A stretch of 52,273 nt of DNA. Origin: Bacillota bacterium. Its GTDB lineage: Bacteria; Bacillota; Dethiobacteria; Dethiobacterales; Dethiobacteraceae. The stretch lies in the NCBI GenBank assembly GCA_012522075.1, contig JAAYLG010000043.1:1-52273 (forward strand). The letters are read 5' to 3'. Below the pieces are notes generated by a model that was not told where the DNA came from, made no database searches, and saw nothing but the letters and a program-made list of their open reading frames with translations. Numbering within the stretch: the stretch's first letter is position 1; each line of letters opens with the position of its first letter. Positions 8,579 to 16,843 of the stretch are shown one piece after another. The position numbers were made by a program, and so were the translations under genes.

Positions 8579-9850
8579 ATGTTAACAAAGGCACCGCGAG
8601 GAACAAAAGATATCTTGCCGGCTGAAGTGCCGCAGTGGCGCTTTTTTGAAGAAAAAGCAAGGGAAGCTTGTCGTTTGTTTGGCTACAGCGAAATCCGCAC
8701 CCCCATCTTTGAACATACGGAATTGTTTCTGCGGGGAGTGGGGGAAGCAACCGACATTGTTGCCAAGGAAATGTATACTTTTACGGACAAGGGCGGCCGT
8801 TCCCTGACATTGCGGCCGGAAGGAACCGCCTCTGTGGCCAGGGCTTACCTGGAGCATAAAATGCAGGGGGAAGCGCAGCCGGTTAAAGTTTTTTATACCG
8901 GCCCCATGTTCCGTTATGACCGCCCGCAGGCCGGGCGTTACCGCCAGTTTCACCAGTTCGGGGTGGAGGCTTTCGGTTCGCAGGAACCTGCTCTGGATGC
9001 GGAAGTCATCATGCTTGCGCTCTTTTTCCTGCAGTCACTGGGGCTTGACAACCTTGCACTGCATTTAAACAGTGTGGGCTGCCCGGAGTGTCGCAGCCGC
9101 TATCGTGAGACCCTGGTGGCGGCTCTGCGCGACGGGGTGAAACAATTGTGCCCGGACTGCAGCGAGCGCTATGAGAAAAATCCGCTCCGTATCCTGGATT
9201 GCAAAAACGAGCGCTGCCAGGCAGTGACAAAAGGAGTGCCCCTGCTTGCAGATGAACTCTGCAACGGGTGCCGGGAGCACTTTGCGGCGGTCAGGGCGGT
9301 GCTGGATGCGCTGGATGTGGCATACGTGCTGGACCCGCGGTTGGTCCGGGGGCTGGATTATTATACCAAAACAGCTTTTGAAATCATGGCTTCCGGCCTG
9401 GGAGCCCAGAGTTCCATCTGCGGCGGAGGACGCTATGACCACCTGCTTGCCACCATTGGCGGCCCCGATATTCCCGGGATCGGTTTTGCCATTGGCATTG
9501 AAAGGGTGCTTTTGGCCTTGGCGGCTGCAGGGGCCGGCGAGGCGGCGGTTCCGGTGCCGGACGTGTTTGTGGCAACCGCCGGAGTGACGCCGGCGGAAGT
9601 GCTACCGTATGTCATGGAGCTGCGCAAAGCCGGTCTTGCGGCGGAGATGGATTTTTTGAACCGCAGTTTAAAGGCACAACTAAAATTTGCAGATAAAAAG
9701 GGTATTCGTTATGTGGTCCTGCTCGGTGAAGCTGAACTGCAGGCGGGACAGGCTACCGTGAAGGACATGCAAAGCGGCGTGCAGGAAGCAGTAGCGCTGG
9801 GCGGGCTTTGTGCTTATCTGGCGGAACGGCTGAAGGAGGAAAACCAATAA
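8579..9850 (+). CDS. hisS: Histidine--tRNA ligase
   Basis: The ORF-track frame runs 8540..9850. ATG 8579 ([14 protein letters not shown]) follows GAAGGGGG and matches the usual HisS N-terminus. Motifs [16 protein letters not shown] and GGGRYD are present. Confidence 0.93.
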   Translation: MLTKAPRGTKDILPAEVPQWRFFEEKAREACRLFGYSEIRTPIFEHTELFLRGVGEATDIVAKEMYTFTDKGGRSLTLRPEGTASVARAYLEHKMQGEAQPVKVFYTGPMFRYDRPQAGRYRQFHQFGVEAFGSQEPALDAEVIMLALFFLQSLGLDNLALHLNSVGCPECRSRYRETLVAALRDGVKQLCPDCSERYEKNPLRILDCKNERCQAVTKGVPLLADELCNGCREHFAAVRAVLDALDVAYVLDPRLVRGLDYYTKTAFEIMASGLGAQSSICGGGRYDHLLATIGGPDIPGIGFAIGIERVLLALAAAGAGEAAVPVPDVFVATAGVTPAEVLPYVMELRKAGLAAEMDFLNRSLKAQLKFADKKGIRYVVLLGEAELQAGQATVKDMQSGVQEAVALGGLCAYLAERLKEENQ

Positions 9851-11616
9851 TGGAACTACGGACAATTATGTGCGGTGAGGTCCGGGAAGAGCATATAGGC
9901 CGGACAGTGGTGGTAAACGGCTGGGTGCAGCGGCGCCGTGACCACGGCAAGCTGATTTTTGTAGATCTTAGGGACCGCAGCGGCCTGGTGCAGGTAGTAT
10001 TCAATTATGAAAGGGACAAGGCCATGTTTGCCCTGGCGGAGAGCATCCGCAGCGAATATGTTCTAAGCGTACGCGGCGAGGTGGTGGCCCGGGCGCCCGA
10101 GGCGGTCAATCCCAAACTGAAAACCGGCACCGTGGAGATTCATGCCGCCGGCTTGGAACTGTTAAACAGCGCGAAAACGCCGCCCTTTAATCTTGATGAC
10201 GGCGTGGAAGTGGATGAGAATGTCCGCTTGAAATACCGCTACCTGGACCTGCGGCGGCCGGAAATGCTGAAGAACCTGATGCTACGCCATCGTGTCTGCC
10301 AGTTGACGCGAGAATTTCTGGACAGGGAAGGTTTCCTGGAAGTGGAAACCCCCATGCTGACAAAAAGCACTCCGGAAGGTGCACGGGACTACCTGGTACC
10401 CAGCAGGACAAACCCCGGATCTTTTTATGCCCTGCCGCAGTCGCCGCAATTGTTCAAGCAGCTGCTGATGGTGGCCGGGATTGAGCGTTATTTCCAGATT
10501 GCCCGCTGTTTCCGGGACGAAGATTTGCGGGCGGACAGGCAGCCGGAATTTACCCAGATTGATATAGAGCTTTCCTTCTGTGACCGGGAAATGATCCTGG
10601 AAATGATGGAAAGGATGGTTGCCCACATCTTTAAGGGGGCGCTGGGGGCGGAAATATCCCTTCCTTTCCCGCGCCTCTCTTACAATGAGGCTATGAACCG
10701 CTTCGGCAGCGACAAGCCGGATACCCGTTTCGGCCTGGAGCTGAAAGATATTTCCGACCTGGTGGCGGAATGCGGCTTTAAAGTATTCAGGCAGGCGGTG
10801 GCAGGCGGCGGCGTGGTAAAAGGCATCAACGCCAAAGGCTGCGCTGCCTTCAGCCGCAGGGAAATTGACGAATTGACGGCCTACGCGGCCCGCTTCGGCG
10901 CCAAGGGCCTGGCTTATCTCTACGTGGAAAAGGACGGTGTCCGTTCGCCCGTTGCCAAGTTTTTCGAGCGGGAGGTGTTGGATGCCGTGGTAGCCCGCCT
11001 GGCAGGGGAGCCGGGCGACTTGCTGCTTTTTGTGGCCGACAAGCATGATACGGCCTGCCAGGCCCTGGGGGCATTGCGCCTGCATCTGGCCGAACGCCTT
11101 GGCCTAGTGGACAGTTCCCTCTGGAACTTTTTATGGGTTGTCGATTTCCCGCTTTTGGTTTATGACGAAGAGGAAGGCCGCTACGTGGCAAACCACCATC
11201 CCTTTACATCACCTGTGGATGAAGACCTGGCGCTTTTGGAAAGCGAACCGCATAAAGTGCGCGCCAAAGCGTATGACATGGTGCTGAACGGTGTTGAGGT
11301 CGGCGGCGGGAGCCTGCGGATCTACAAGCGGGAAGTGCAGGAAAAAATTTTTAAAGCGCTGGGTTTCAGCCCCGAGCAGGCCCGGGAGCAGTTTGGCTTT
11401 TTGCTTGACGCCTTTGAGTATGGCACACCGCCCCATGGCGGCATTGCTTTCGGCTTGGACCGCCTGGTCATGCTCATGGCCGGCCGGGAGTCCATCCGGG
11501 ATGTAATTGCTTTCCCGAAAACTGCCAGCGGAGGCGACCCGTTGACGGGAGCGCCGTCTCCTGTTACTGACAAACAACTGCGGGAACTGCATATCCGCCC
11601 GGTAATAAAAGCTTAA
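9850..11616 (+). CDS. aspS: Aspartate--tRNA ligase
   Basis: This is the in-frame part of ORF 9808..11616, starting at ATG 9850 ([17 protein letters not shown]...). The start overlaps the hisS stop as TAATG. Motifs [18 protein letters not shown] and GGGSLRI are present. Confidence 0.93.
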   Translation: MELRTIMCGEVREEHIGRTVVVNGWVQRRRDHGKLIFVDLRDRSGLVQVVFNYERDKAMFALAESIRSEYVLSVRGEVVARAPEAVNPKLKTGTVEIHAAGLELLNSAKTPPFNLDDGVEVDENVRLKYRYLDLRRPEMLKNLMLRHRVCQLTREFLDREGFLEVETPMLTKSTPEGARDYLVPSRTNPGSFYALPQSPQLFKQLLMVAGIERYFQIARCFRDEDLRADRQPEFTQIDIELSFCDREMILEMMERMVAHIFKGALGAEISLPFPRLSYNEAMNRFGSDKPDTRFGLELKDISDLVAECGFKVFRQAVAGGGVVKGINAKGCAAFSRREIDELTAYAARFGAKGLAYLYVEKDGVRSPVAKFFEREVLDAVVARLAGEPGDLLLFVADKHDTACQALGALRLHLAERLGLVDSSLWNFLWVVDFPLLVYDEEEGRYVANHHPFTSPVDEDLALLESEPHKVRAKAYDMVLNGVEVGGGSLRIYKREVQEKIFKALGFSPEQAREQFGFLLDAFEYGTPPHGGIAFGLDRLVMLMAGRESIRDVIAFPKTASGGDPLTGAPSPVTDKQLRELHIRPVIKA

Positions 11617-11906
11617 TGTTTGGCCTGGGCCGGTTTTAGCCTGGAGACCAGGTCATGGATAATGTTGGAACCGCGGGAAATAATAAGTCCTGTCAGCAAA
11701 TAGTCCAGGAGCGGGTAGAAGGGAACAATGTCAAAGAGGGACAGCAGGCCGCTTGTGGTGGTAACACAGAGAATCATGCCCAGCAAAATGGCAATTAATT
11801 TACTGTAGTGCCCTCGTACCGGCGGGAAGAGCGATTTAATAATTTCCGTGGCGAATTCAACCACAATGGCCAGCACAATAATGGTCGTAAGGGCTTCAAA
11901 TGTCAT
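11613..11906 (-). CDS. Small three-TM membrane protein, possibly holin-like
   Basis: 97 aa. An RBS (AAAGGGTGAG) precedes the ATG. It has three hydrophobic segments and a charged tail. The [14 protein letters not shown] segment reminds me of a phage holin family (superfamily V), but I cannot verify this. Its stop overlaps the aspS stop by 4 nt. Confidence 0.5.
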   Translation of the reverse strand: MTFEALTTIIVLAIVVEFATEIIKSLFPPVRGHYSKLIAILLGMILCVTTTSGLLSLFDIVPFYPLLDYLLTGLIISRGSNIIHDLVSRLKPAQAKH

Positions 11907-11978
11907 GCATGCTCACCCTTTCATATTTTTAGTCTATTTTTATGGCAAAATGTCGCATCTTATGTGGCATACTCCCAC

Positions 11979-12007
11979 TTGCCTCTGGAAAAATAACTTG
12001 TTATAAT
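11979..12007 (+). promoter_or_regulatory. Strong sigma-A-type promoter with extended -10 (TTGCCT-17-TGtTATAAT)
   Basis: TTGCCT at 11979..11984, TG at 11999..12000 and TATAAT at 12002..12007. No ORF follows it. It faces the structured region listed next. Confidence 0.65.
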
Positions 12008-12039
12008 GAACACAGAAAAAACGACAAACAAAAAGAATA

Positions 12040-12228
12040 GACCCTGCTATGTTTGTGTCAGCCGTATTAAGTTTTGAGCTAACACCATTTTAAGGGGAGC
12101 CTGGCTCTGTGTGCGGCGCATATGCCTTTCCTTGCAAAGGACATGTAAAGTACACAGGAGGGCACCCACCTGTAGAGAGAGCAGTTCAAAACTCACGGTG
12201 AATCACGGCATGGTGGGGTTTCTCTTTT
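12040..12228 (+). ncRNA. ssrS: Candidate 6S RNA (SsrS); ends are approximate
   Basis: About 190 nt, non-coding, with its own promoter. Long-range closing helix: 12042..12050 pairs with 12210..12218, 12061..12065 with 12205..12209, and 12070..12079 (AGTTTTGAGC) with 12184..12193. An internal helix pairs CTGTGT with ACACAG around a terminal hairpin (CCTTT..AAAGG). A large asymmetric central region lies between them, and a TTTCTCTTTT tail follows. As I recall, B. subtilis 6S-1 (bsrA) also lies next to aspS. Confidence 0.55.
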
Positions 12229-12230
12229 AC

Positions 12231-12259
12231 TTGTCCGTTATCTCTGTGGAGGTTATAAT
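12231..12259 (+). promoter_or_regulatory. Putative sigma-A promoter of csoR (TTGTCC-17-TATAAT)
   Basis: TTGTCC at 12231..12236 and TATAAT at 12254..12259, with a 17-nt spacer. A GGTTAT...ATAACC inverted repeat overlaps the -10 element. Confidence 0.45.
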
Positions 12260-12292
12260 GACTGTAATAACCCGGAGTGTGAGGTGAAATGA

Positions 12293-12556
12293 GTGGACGA
12301 AGAACGCCAGTCAATAATTAACCGTTTAAACAGGATTGAAGGCCAGATCAAGGGAATCAGGAAAATGATTGAAGAGGAACAAAATTGTTCCGAAATCCTG
12401 ATACAGGTGGCTGCCGTCAAGGCTGCCGTCAATAAAGTTGGGACACTTGTTTTTCAAACCCATTTCCGTCGCTGTTTGGAGTCGGCTGTCAAGGGCGAGC
12501 AGGATTTTGCCTTTGTGGATGACGCCATGAAAATGTTGGCAAAATACATTGACTAA
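12293..12556 (+). CDS. csoR: CsoR/RcnR-family (DUF156) metal-sensing repressor with a CsoR-type x-C-H-C fingerprint
   Basis: 87 aa. RL.RIEGQI.GI..M is the family signature. The candidate ligands are Cys in NCSEIL plus His and Cys in THFRRC (H-x3-C). GTG start after GAGGTGA. Confidence 0.8.
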   Translation: MDEERQSIINRLNRIEGQIKGIRKMIEEEQNCSEILIQVAAVKAAVNKVGTLVFQTHFRRCLESAVKGEQDFAFVDDAMKMLAKYID

Positions 12557-12571
12557 AAGGTAAATTCCATC

Positions 12572-12600
12572 TTGACAAAACACTTTTTAGGCTGCATAAT
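12572..12600 (+). promoter_or_regulatory. Sigma-A-type promoter upstream of ccdA (TTGACA-17-CATAAT)
   Basis: TTGACA at 12572..12577 and CATAAT at 12595..12600, preceded by TG. Confidence 0.55.
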
Positions 12601-12614
12601 TGGAAGCAGCTAAT

Positions 12615-12631
12615 ATACCCCGAGGAGGTAT
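12615..12631. promoter_or_regulatory. Candidate CsoR operator: ATACCCC-GAG-GAGGTAT
   Basis: A 7-3-7 pseudo-palindrome with one mismatch. It lies between the -10 element and the ccdA ATG and overlaps the RBS. The ATACC...GGTAT form is what I recall for CsoR operators. Confidence 0.45.
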
Positions 12632-12633
12632 TT

Positions 12634-13320
12634 ATGGAACAAGGAAACTTGTCTTTCATGATTGCCTTTTTTGCCGGGGTTGTTTCTTTTTTTTCCCCGT
12701 GCCATCTGCCGCTTGTTCCTGTATACCTCGGCTTTCTGGCCGGTTCTGTTGCCGATGCCGGCGGGGTTACGCAGAAAAACAGGGTGTTGTTTAACAGTCT
12801 AAATTTTGTGGTTGGTTTCAGCGCAGTCTTTCTCTTGCTGGGGGTATTGGCCAGCTGGTTTGCCGCCTTTTTTGCCGCCTACCTGTCTCTGCTGCAGCGC
12901 CTGGCAGGCGGGTTGATTATTCTTTTTGGCCTGCATTTGTCAGGGTTTTTGCCGCTGCCGCTCCTTTTGCGTGAGAAACGGCTGCATTACCGGCCGCAGG
13001 CGGCAGGACCCGGGACATCGCTTGTGCTGGGCGTAGCTTTTGCCGCCGGCTGGACGCCTTGTATTGGGCCGGTCCTCGGGGCGATTCTTGCTTATACTGC
13101 AGTAAGCGGCGGAGGGGTTATACTGCTGGCTGCCTTTTCACTGGGCATGGCCGTCCCCTTCCTGCTGGCCGCTTTGCTTGTGGAACAGCTAACCCGTTTT
13201 GTGGACCGTTATGTGTGCTATCTTCCCGCCCTGCAGAGGGGATTTGGTATTCTGCTTGTGCTTTTTGGCATAGCCGTCTTTTCCGGCTGGCTCAACAGGA
13301 TGACGCTGATTTTTTCTTAA
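12634..13320 (+). CDS. ccdA: CcdA/DsbD-family thiol-disulfide electron transporter
   Basis: 228 aa, 6 TM segments, with the two conserved Cys motifs FFSPCHLPLVPVY and WTPCIGPVLG. Confidence 0.88.
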   Translation: MEQGNLSFMIAFFAGVVSFFSPCHLPLVPVYLGFLAGSVADAGGVTQKNRVLFNSLNFVVGFSAVFLLLGVLASWFAAFFAAYLSLLQRLAGGLIILFGLHLSGFLPLPLLLREKRLHYRPQAAGPGTSLVLGVAFAAGWTPCIGPVLGAILAYTAVSGGGVILLAAFSLGMAVPFLLAALLVEQLTRFVDRYVCYLPALQRGFGILLVLFGIAVFSGWLNRMTLIFS

Positions 13321-13333
13321 TACAGGAGGCACT

Positions 13334-13837
13334 ATGAGAAAATTTCTTCCGCTCATCATTGTGACTTTGGTTCTGGCAGCCGCCATTCCAGTCCTGGGAT
13401 ATTTGCGCCCGCCGGAAGGGCTGACGGAGGGCAAAAGGGCGCCCGACTTTACCCTGCAAGCTATTGACGGCAGCAAGATCAGACTTTCCGACCTGCGGGG
13501 GCAGGTGGTCATGCTTAATTTCTGGTCTGCCGGCTGCGGACCGTGTCGTGCGGAAATGCCTTACCTGCAGGAGGTTTATGCAGAACTGCGCGACAAAGGT
13601 TTTACCATTGTGGCTGTCAACCTGGACAGCCCCCTAATCGCGGCCGCCTTTGCGCAGGAATATGGCCTTACTTTCCCGCTAGTTACGGATACTGAATACG
13701 AAGTCAGCATACGCTATGAAGTGCAGTATATCCCGAAAACACTGATTTTGGACCGGCGGGGAATTATTCGCTTTGTCGGGGTGGGGCCGTTTACTTCCGC
13801 GGAGCAGCTGCGCAGCCTGCTGGCAAAATGGCTGTAA
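13334..13837 (+). CDS. Membrane-anchored TlpA/ResA-like thioredoxin-fold thiol-disulfide oxidoreductase
   Basis: 167 aa. It has an N-terminal signal anchor, the active site WSAGCGPCRAEMP, and a conserved IPKTLILD cis-Pro region. Confidence 0.85.
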   Translation: MRKFLPLIIVTLVLAAAIPVLGYLRPPEGLTEGKRAPDFTLQAIDGSKIRLSDLRGQVVMLNFWSAGCGPCRAEMPYLQEVYAELRDKGFTIVAVNLDSPLIAAAFAQEYGLTFPLVTDTEYEVSIRYEVQYIPKTLILDRRGIIRFVGVGPFTSAEQLRSLLAKWL

Positions 13838-13938
13838 GCAAGTCATCTCATTTTAAGGAACAGGCAGGGCAGGAACCGGGAACCGGGGAGCGAATAATAA
13901 AAAAAGCAGGAAATTTTTCTGTGAGCAGGAGGGCTCTT

Positions 13939-14490
13939 ATGTTATTTGCTCGGAAAGGACCGCACAATACGGAAGAAACTTTACGGCTGGCAGCGGCGCG
14001 GGCACAGGAACTGGGGGTCAGGCATTTTGTGGTGGCTTCTACCTCCGGCCGAACGGCCAAAATGCTGCGCTCCCTCACAGACAACGCCAATGTGGTATGT
14101 GTAACGCATCATACTGGGTTTCTCCGTCCCGGTGTGCAGGAGATGGAACCGGAAGTGCGGCAGGAACTTGTGGCGGCGGGTGTTTCCGTCCTCACCACAA
14201 CTCATCTTTTAGGCGGTATTGACAGGGGTGTGGAAAATAAATTCGGCGGAACCTACCCGGGCGGAATTGTGGCGGCAACGCTGCGGATGCTGGGGCAGGG
14301 TGTCAAGGTTTGTGTTGAAATTGCCGTGATGGCACTGGATGCAGGTATGATTCCGTTCGGCGAGGATGTGATTGCCATTGGCGGCACGGGGAGTGGCGCA
14401 GATACGGCTCTTGTTATCCGTCCTGCCCATGCCAGGGATTTCTTTGACGGGCGGATCAAGGAGCTGATCTGCAAGCCGCGTGAATGTTGA
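13939..14490 (+). CDS. Pyruvate kinase C-terminal (alpha/beta) domain-like protein
   Basis: This is the in-frame part of ORF 13828..14490. ATG 13939 lies 5 nt after AGGAGGG. FVVASTSGRTAKML and IAIGGTGSGADTA resemble stand-alone PK_C domain proteins. Confidence 0.6.
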   Translation: MLFARKGPHNTEETLRLAAARAQELGVRHFVVASTSGRTAKMLRSLTDNANVVCVTHHTGFLRPGVQEMEPEVRQELVAAGVSVLTTTHLLGGIDRGVENKFGGTYPGGIVAATLRMLGQGVKVCVEIAVMALDAGMIPFGEDVIAIGGTGSGADTALVIRPAHARDFFDGRIKELICKPREC

Positions 14491-14599
14491 TTTTTCCAGT
14501 CTTCTACCGGGAACTGCTGCATATTATGGTAGTACCTTTTTTACCCGTGGTCGTTTCCGCCGTTGAGGACAGAAGACAGTCAGTGCAAGGAGGCGGCAG

Positions 14600-14773
14600 A
14601 TGGAAAATAGTGACGGGAAGGTAGAGTTTTTGTGTCTGGGGTGCGGATTACAGGGATTGACCGAGTGGTCTGCAGCGGGGTCGGAAGGCTGTAATTTGTG
14701 CCCCAAGTGCGGCGAGTATGTTATTACATCGCAACTTTTAAAAAAAGATCAGGCAAAACTGGTGAAGGTTTAA
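14600..14773 (+). CDS. Small 57-aa four-Cys zinc-ribbon protein, below the ORF-track size cutoff
   Basis: My translation: MENSDGKVEFLCLGCGLQGLTEWSAAGSEGCNLCPKCGEYVITSQLLKKDQAKLVKV. AAGGAGG lies 6 nt before the ATG and a terminator follows directly. The motif is CxxC...CxxC. The antisense ORF 14524..14706 in the track is probably spurious. Confidence 0.6.
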   Translation: MENSDGKVEFLCLGCGLQGLTEWSAAGSEGCNLCPKCGEYVITSQLLKKDQAKLVKV

Positions 14774-14775
14774 AA

Positions 14776-14799
14776 GTCCCATGCAGGGGCTTTTTTTTT
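14776..14799 (+). terminator. Rho-independent terminator
   Basis: GTCCC-atgca-GGGGC hairpin followed by T9 and preceded by an A-run. Confidence 0.65.
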
Positions 14800-14892
14800 G
14801 CTTTTAAACGCAGTTTATTAACTTTTATTAAAAAACATTAAAAAATTTTTTCCGTGAGGAAGGATTTCACAAATTATCGTTGAATTGTAGTC

Positions 14893-14929
14893 AAAGTGGA
14901 TTAAAGTGGAGGAAAGTGGAGGAAAGTAC
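14893..14929 (+). promoter_or_regulatory. MraZ operator: four direct repeats AAAGTGG/AAAGTGG/AAAGTGG/AAAGTAC with 10-bp periodicity
   Basis: Repeats start at 14893, 14903, 14913 and 14923, each separated by 3 nt, and end about 20 nt upstream of mraZ. This matches the published MraZ-box style, AAAGTG[G/T] repeats with 3-nt spacers. Confidence 0.7.
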
Positions 14930-14948
14930 CCGGAAGGGGCAGGATGCC

Positions 14949-15380
14949 ATGTTCATGGGTGAATACCAGCATGTGCTGGATGCAAAAGGTCGGATTATTA
15001 TGCCGGCAAAATTCCGTGATGAGCTGGGCGAGCGGTTTGTCATGACCCGTGGCCTGGATAACTGCCTTTTTGTGTATCCGCTTTCCGAGTGGACCCAACT
15101 GGAGCAAAAACTGAAGACACTCCCCTTTACCCGTTCCGATGCCCGTGCTTTTATGCGCTTTTTCTTTTCCGGAGCCACCGAATGTGAGTTGGATAAACAG
15201 GGGCGTGTCGTGATACCCAATAACCTGCGAGAACATGCCAAACTGCAGAAAGATGTGGTTGTTATCGGCGTGTCCAGCCGGGTGGAGATCTGGAGCCAGG
15301 AAGTATGGAATCAATATAGTGAAACCACCGGCTTATCCTTTGAAAGTATTGCTGAAAAAATTATGGATATAGAGCTTTAA
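14949..15380 (+). CDS. mraZ: Transcriptional regulator MraZ
   Basis: This is the in-frame part of ORF 14880..15380. [30 protein letters not shown] is almost identical to the B. subtilis MraZ N-terminus. Length is 143 aa. Confidence 0.93.
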   Translation: MFMGEYQHVLDAKGRIIMPAKFRDELGERFVMTRGLDNCLFVYPLSEWTQLEQKLKTLPFTRSDARAFMRFFFSGATECELDKQGRVVIPNNLREHAKLQKDVVVIGVSSRVEIWSQEVWNQYSETTGLSFESIAEKIMDIEL

Positions 15381-15429
15381 CGTAAGGGGGAAAATAGCGT
15401 ACAGAAAAGGCAGTGAGGATGTGTCCGGC

Positions 15430-16368
15430 ATGCGGTTTGCCCATAAACCTGTCCTGCTGCGGGAAACAATTGCTTTGCTGAATCCGCAGCCGGGTGAGAT
15501 TTTTGTGGACTGTACAGTAGGCGGCGGCGGGCACAGCCGTGAAATAGCGGCAAGGATCATGCCTACCGGCCGGTTAATTGCCATTGACAGGGACGAAGCG
15601 GCTTTGCAGGCTGCCAGGGAAAACCTGAAACCCTGGCTGGAGAGAATTGTTTTCGTAAAACGCAATTTTGCTGAATTGAAGGCCATTCTTGCAGAACTTG
15701 AAGTGCCGCTTGTAGATGGAATTTTGCTGGATGTGGGGGTCTCCAGCTATCAGCTGGACGAGAAAGAACGCGGGTTTTCCTACCATGCGGATGCCCGCTT
15801 GGATATGCGGATGGACAAAAAAAGCAAAGTTACGGCCCGGGACCTGGTAAACAATCTGCCTGAGGCTGAACTGGCGCGTATTCTGCGCGATTTCGGGGAT
15901 GAACTGTGGGCGCAGCGTATTGCCCGTTTTATCGTGGCTAGGCGGGAAAGCGAAGGTCCCATTGAAACCACCGGTCAGCTGGTTGAAATAATTAAGGCGG
16001 CTATTCCCACCAGGGCCAGGCGGCGCGGCCCACACCCGGCGCGTCGCACCTTTCAGGCGCTGCGCATCGCAGTTAACGATGAACTGGGTGCTTTGGAGCA
16101 AGCCGTGCATGCGGCGCTTGACAGCCTGCGCCCGGGCGGACGCCTGGCGGTGATTACTTTCCATTCCCTGGAAGACAGGATTGTGAAAAAAGTACTGGCC
16201 AATGCTGCTGCGGGCTGTGTCTGTCCACCGGGACTGCCCCAGTGTGCTTGCGGGAAAAAGCCGCAAATAAAAATGCTGACAGGCAAGCCCGTCAGAGCGG
16301 AAGCGGCGGAATTGGCGGAAAACCCGCGTGCCCGCAGTGCCAAATTGCGTGCAGCAGTAAAGTTCTAA
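15430..16368 (+). CDS. rsmH: 16S rRNA (cytosine1402-N4)-methyltransferase
   Basis: MRFAHKPVLLRE..., DCTVGGGGHS, GVSSYQLD, FQALRIAVNDEL and ITFHSLEDR are present. The start could instead be GTG 15421. Confidence 0.92.
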   Translation: MRFAHKPVLLRETIALLNPQPGEIFVDCTVGGGGHSREIAARIMPTGRLIAIDRDEAALQAARENLKPWLERIVFVKRNFAELKAILAELEVPLVDGILLDVGVSSYQLDEKERGFSYHADARLDMRMDKKSKVTARDLVNNLPEAELARILRDFGDELWAQRIARFIVARRESEGPIETTGQLVEIIKAAIPTRARRRGPHPARRTFQALRIAVNDELGALEQAVHAALDSLRPGGRLAVITFHSLEDRIVKKVLANAAAGCVCPPGLPQCACGKKPQIKMLTGKPVRAEAAELAENPRARSAKLRAAVKF

Positions 16369-16390
16369 ACGGGAGAAAGGGTGAATAGAG

Positions 16391-16762
16391 TTGATAGTAG
16401 CAAAAAGAATCGTTCCCGGCCGGCGACAGGAAGAATTGACGCGTCCCCGGGAGGTGGTGCGCCCCCGGCCCAGGTTGACTGTTGCCTGGAAGTTGAAAAT
16501 GCTGTCTTTTGTTCTAGCCTGTGCGCTGGCGTCTGTTGCCCTGCTCTCTCATTATCTTACCGTCGTGGATCTTTCCAGGCAAATTGAGTTGGCTGCGGCG
16601 GAACTTGCTGCTTTACAGGAAGAAAACAAACATTTAGAATTGGAAATAGCATCCCTGCGCGCTCCGGAGCGGGTGGAGGCAATGGCTTTTGAAATGGGTA
16701 TGCAGTACCCGGGGCGAGAGCAGATGATTATTTTAAAGGCCGAGGCCAGGCCGGAGCAATGA
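16391..16762 (+). CDS. ftsL: Cell division protein FtsL
   Basis: 123 aa. It has a basic N-terminus, a single TM segment and a coiled coil (AAELAALQEENKHLELEIASL). It sits between rsmH and the PBP gene. Confidence 0.8.
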   Translation: MIVAKRIVPGRRQEELTRPREVVRPRPRLTVAWKLKMLSFVLACALASVALLSHYLTVVDLSRQIELAAAELAALQEENKHLELEIASLRAPERVEAMAFEMGMQYPGREQMIILKAEARPEQ

Positions 16763-16843
16763 AAGATATACTTTTTCACCCCGAATGATTTAATTCCAAA
16801 AGTTGGATAATTGTATACGGTTGCAGTTCCGGGAGGGTTAGCT

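Noticed and set aside
11920-11948. Minus-strand TTGCCA-17-TATGAA promoter for the small membrane protein gene
   Set aside because: The predicted transcription start would fall inside the gene's Shine-Dalgarno sequence, so the geometry is inconsistent. It is probably a chance match in AT-rich DNA.
14865-14893. mraZ promoter (TTTCAC-17-TAGTCA)
   Set aside because: Both hexamers match the consensus poorly. I report the MraZ repeats but not a promoter.
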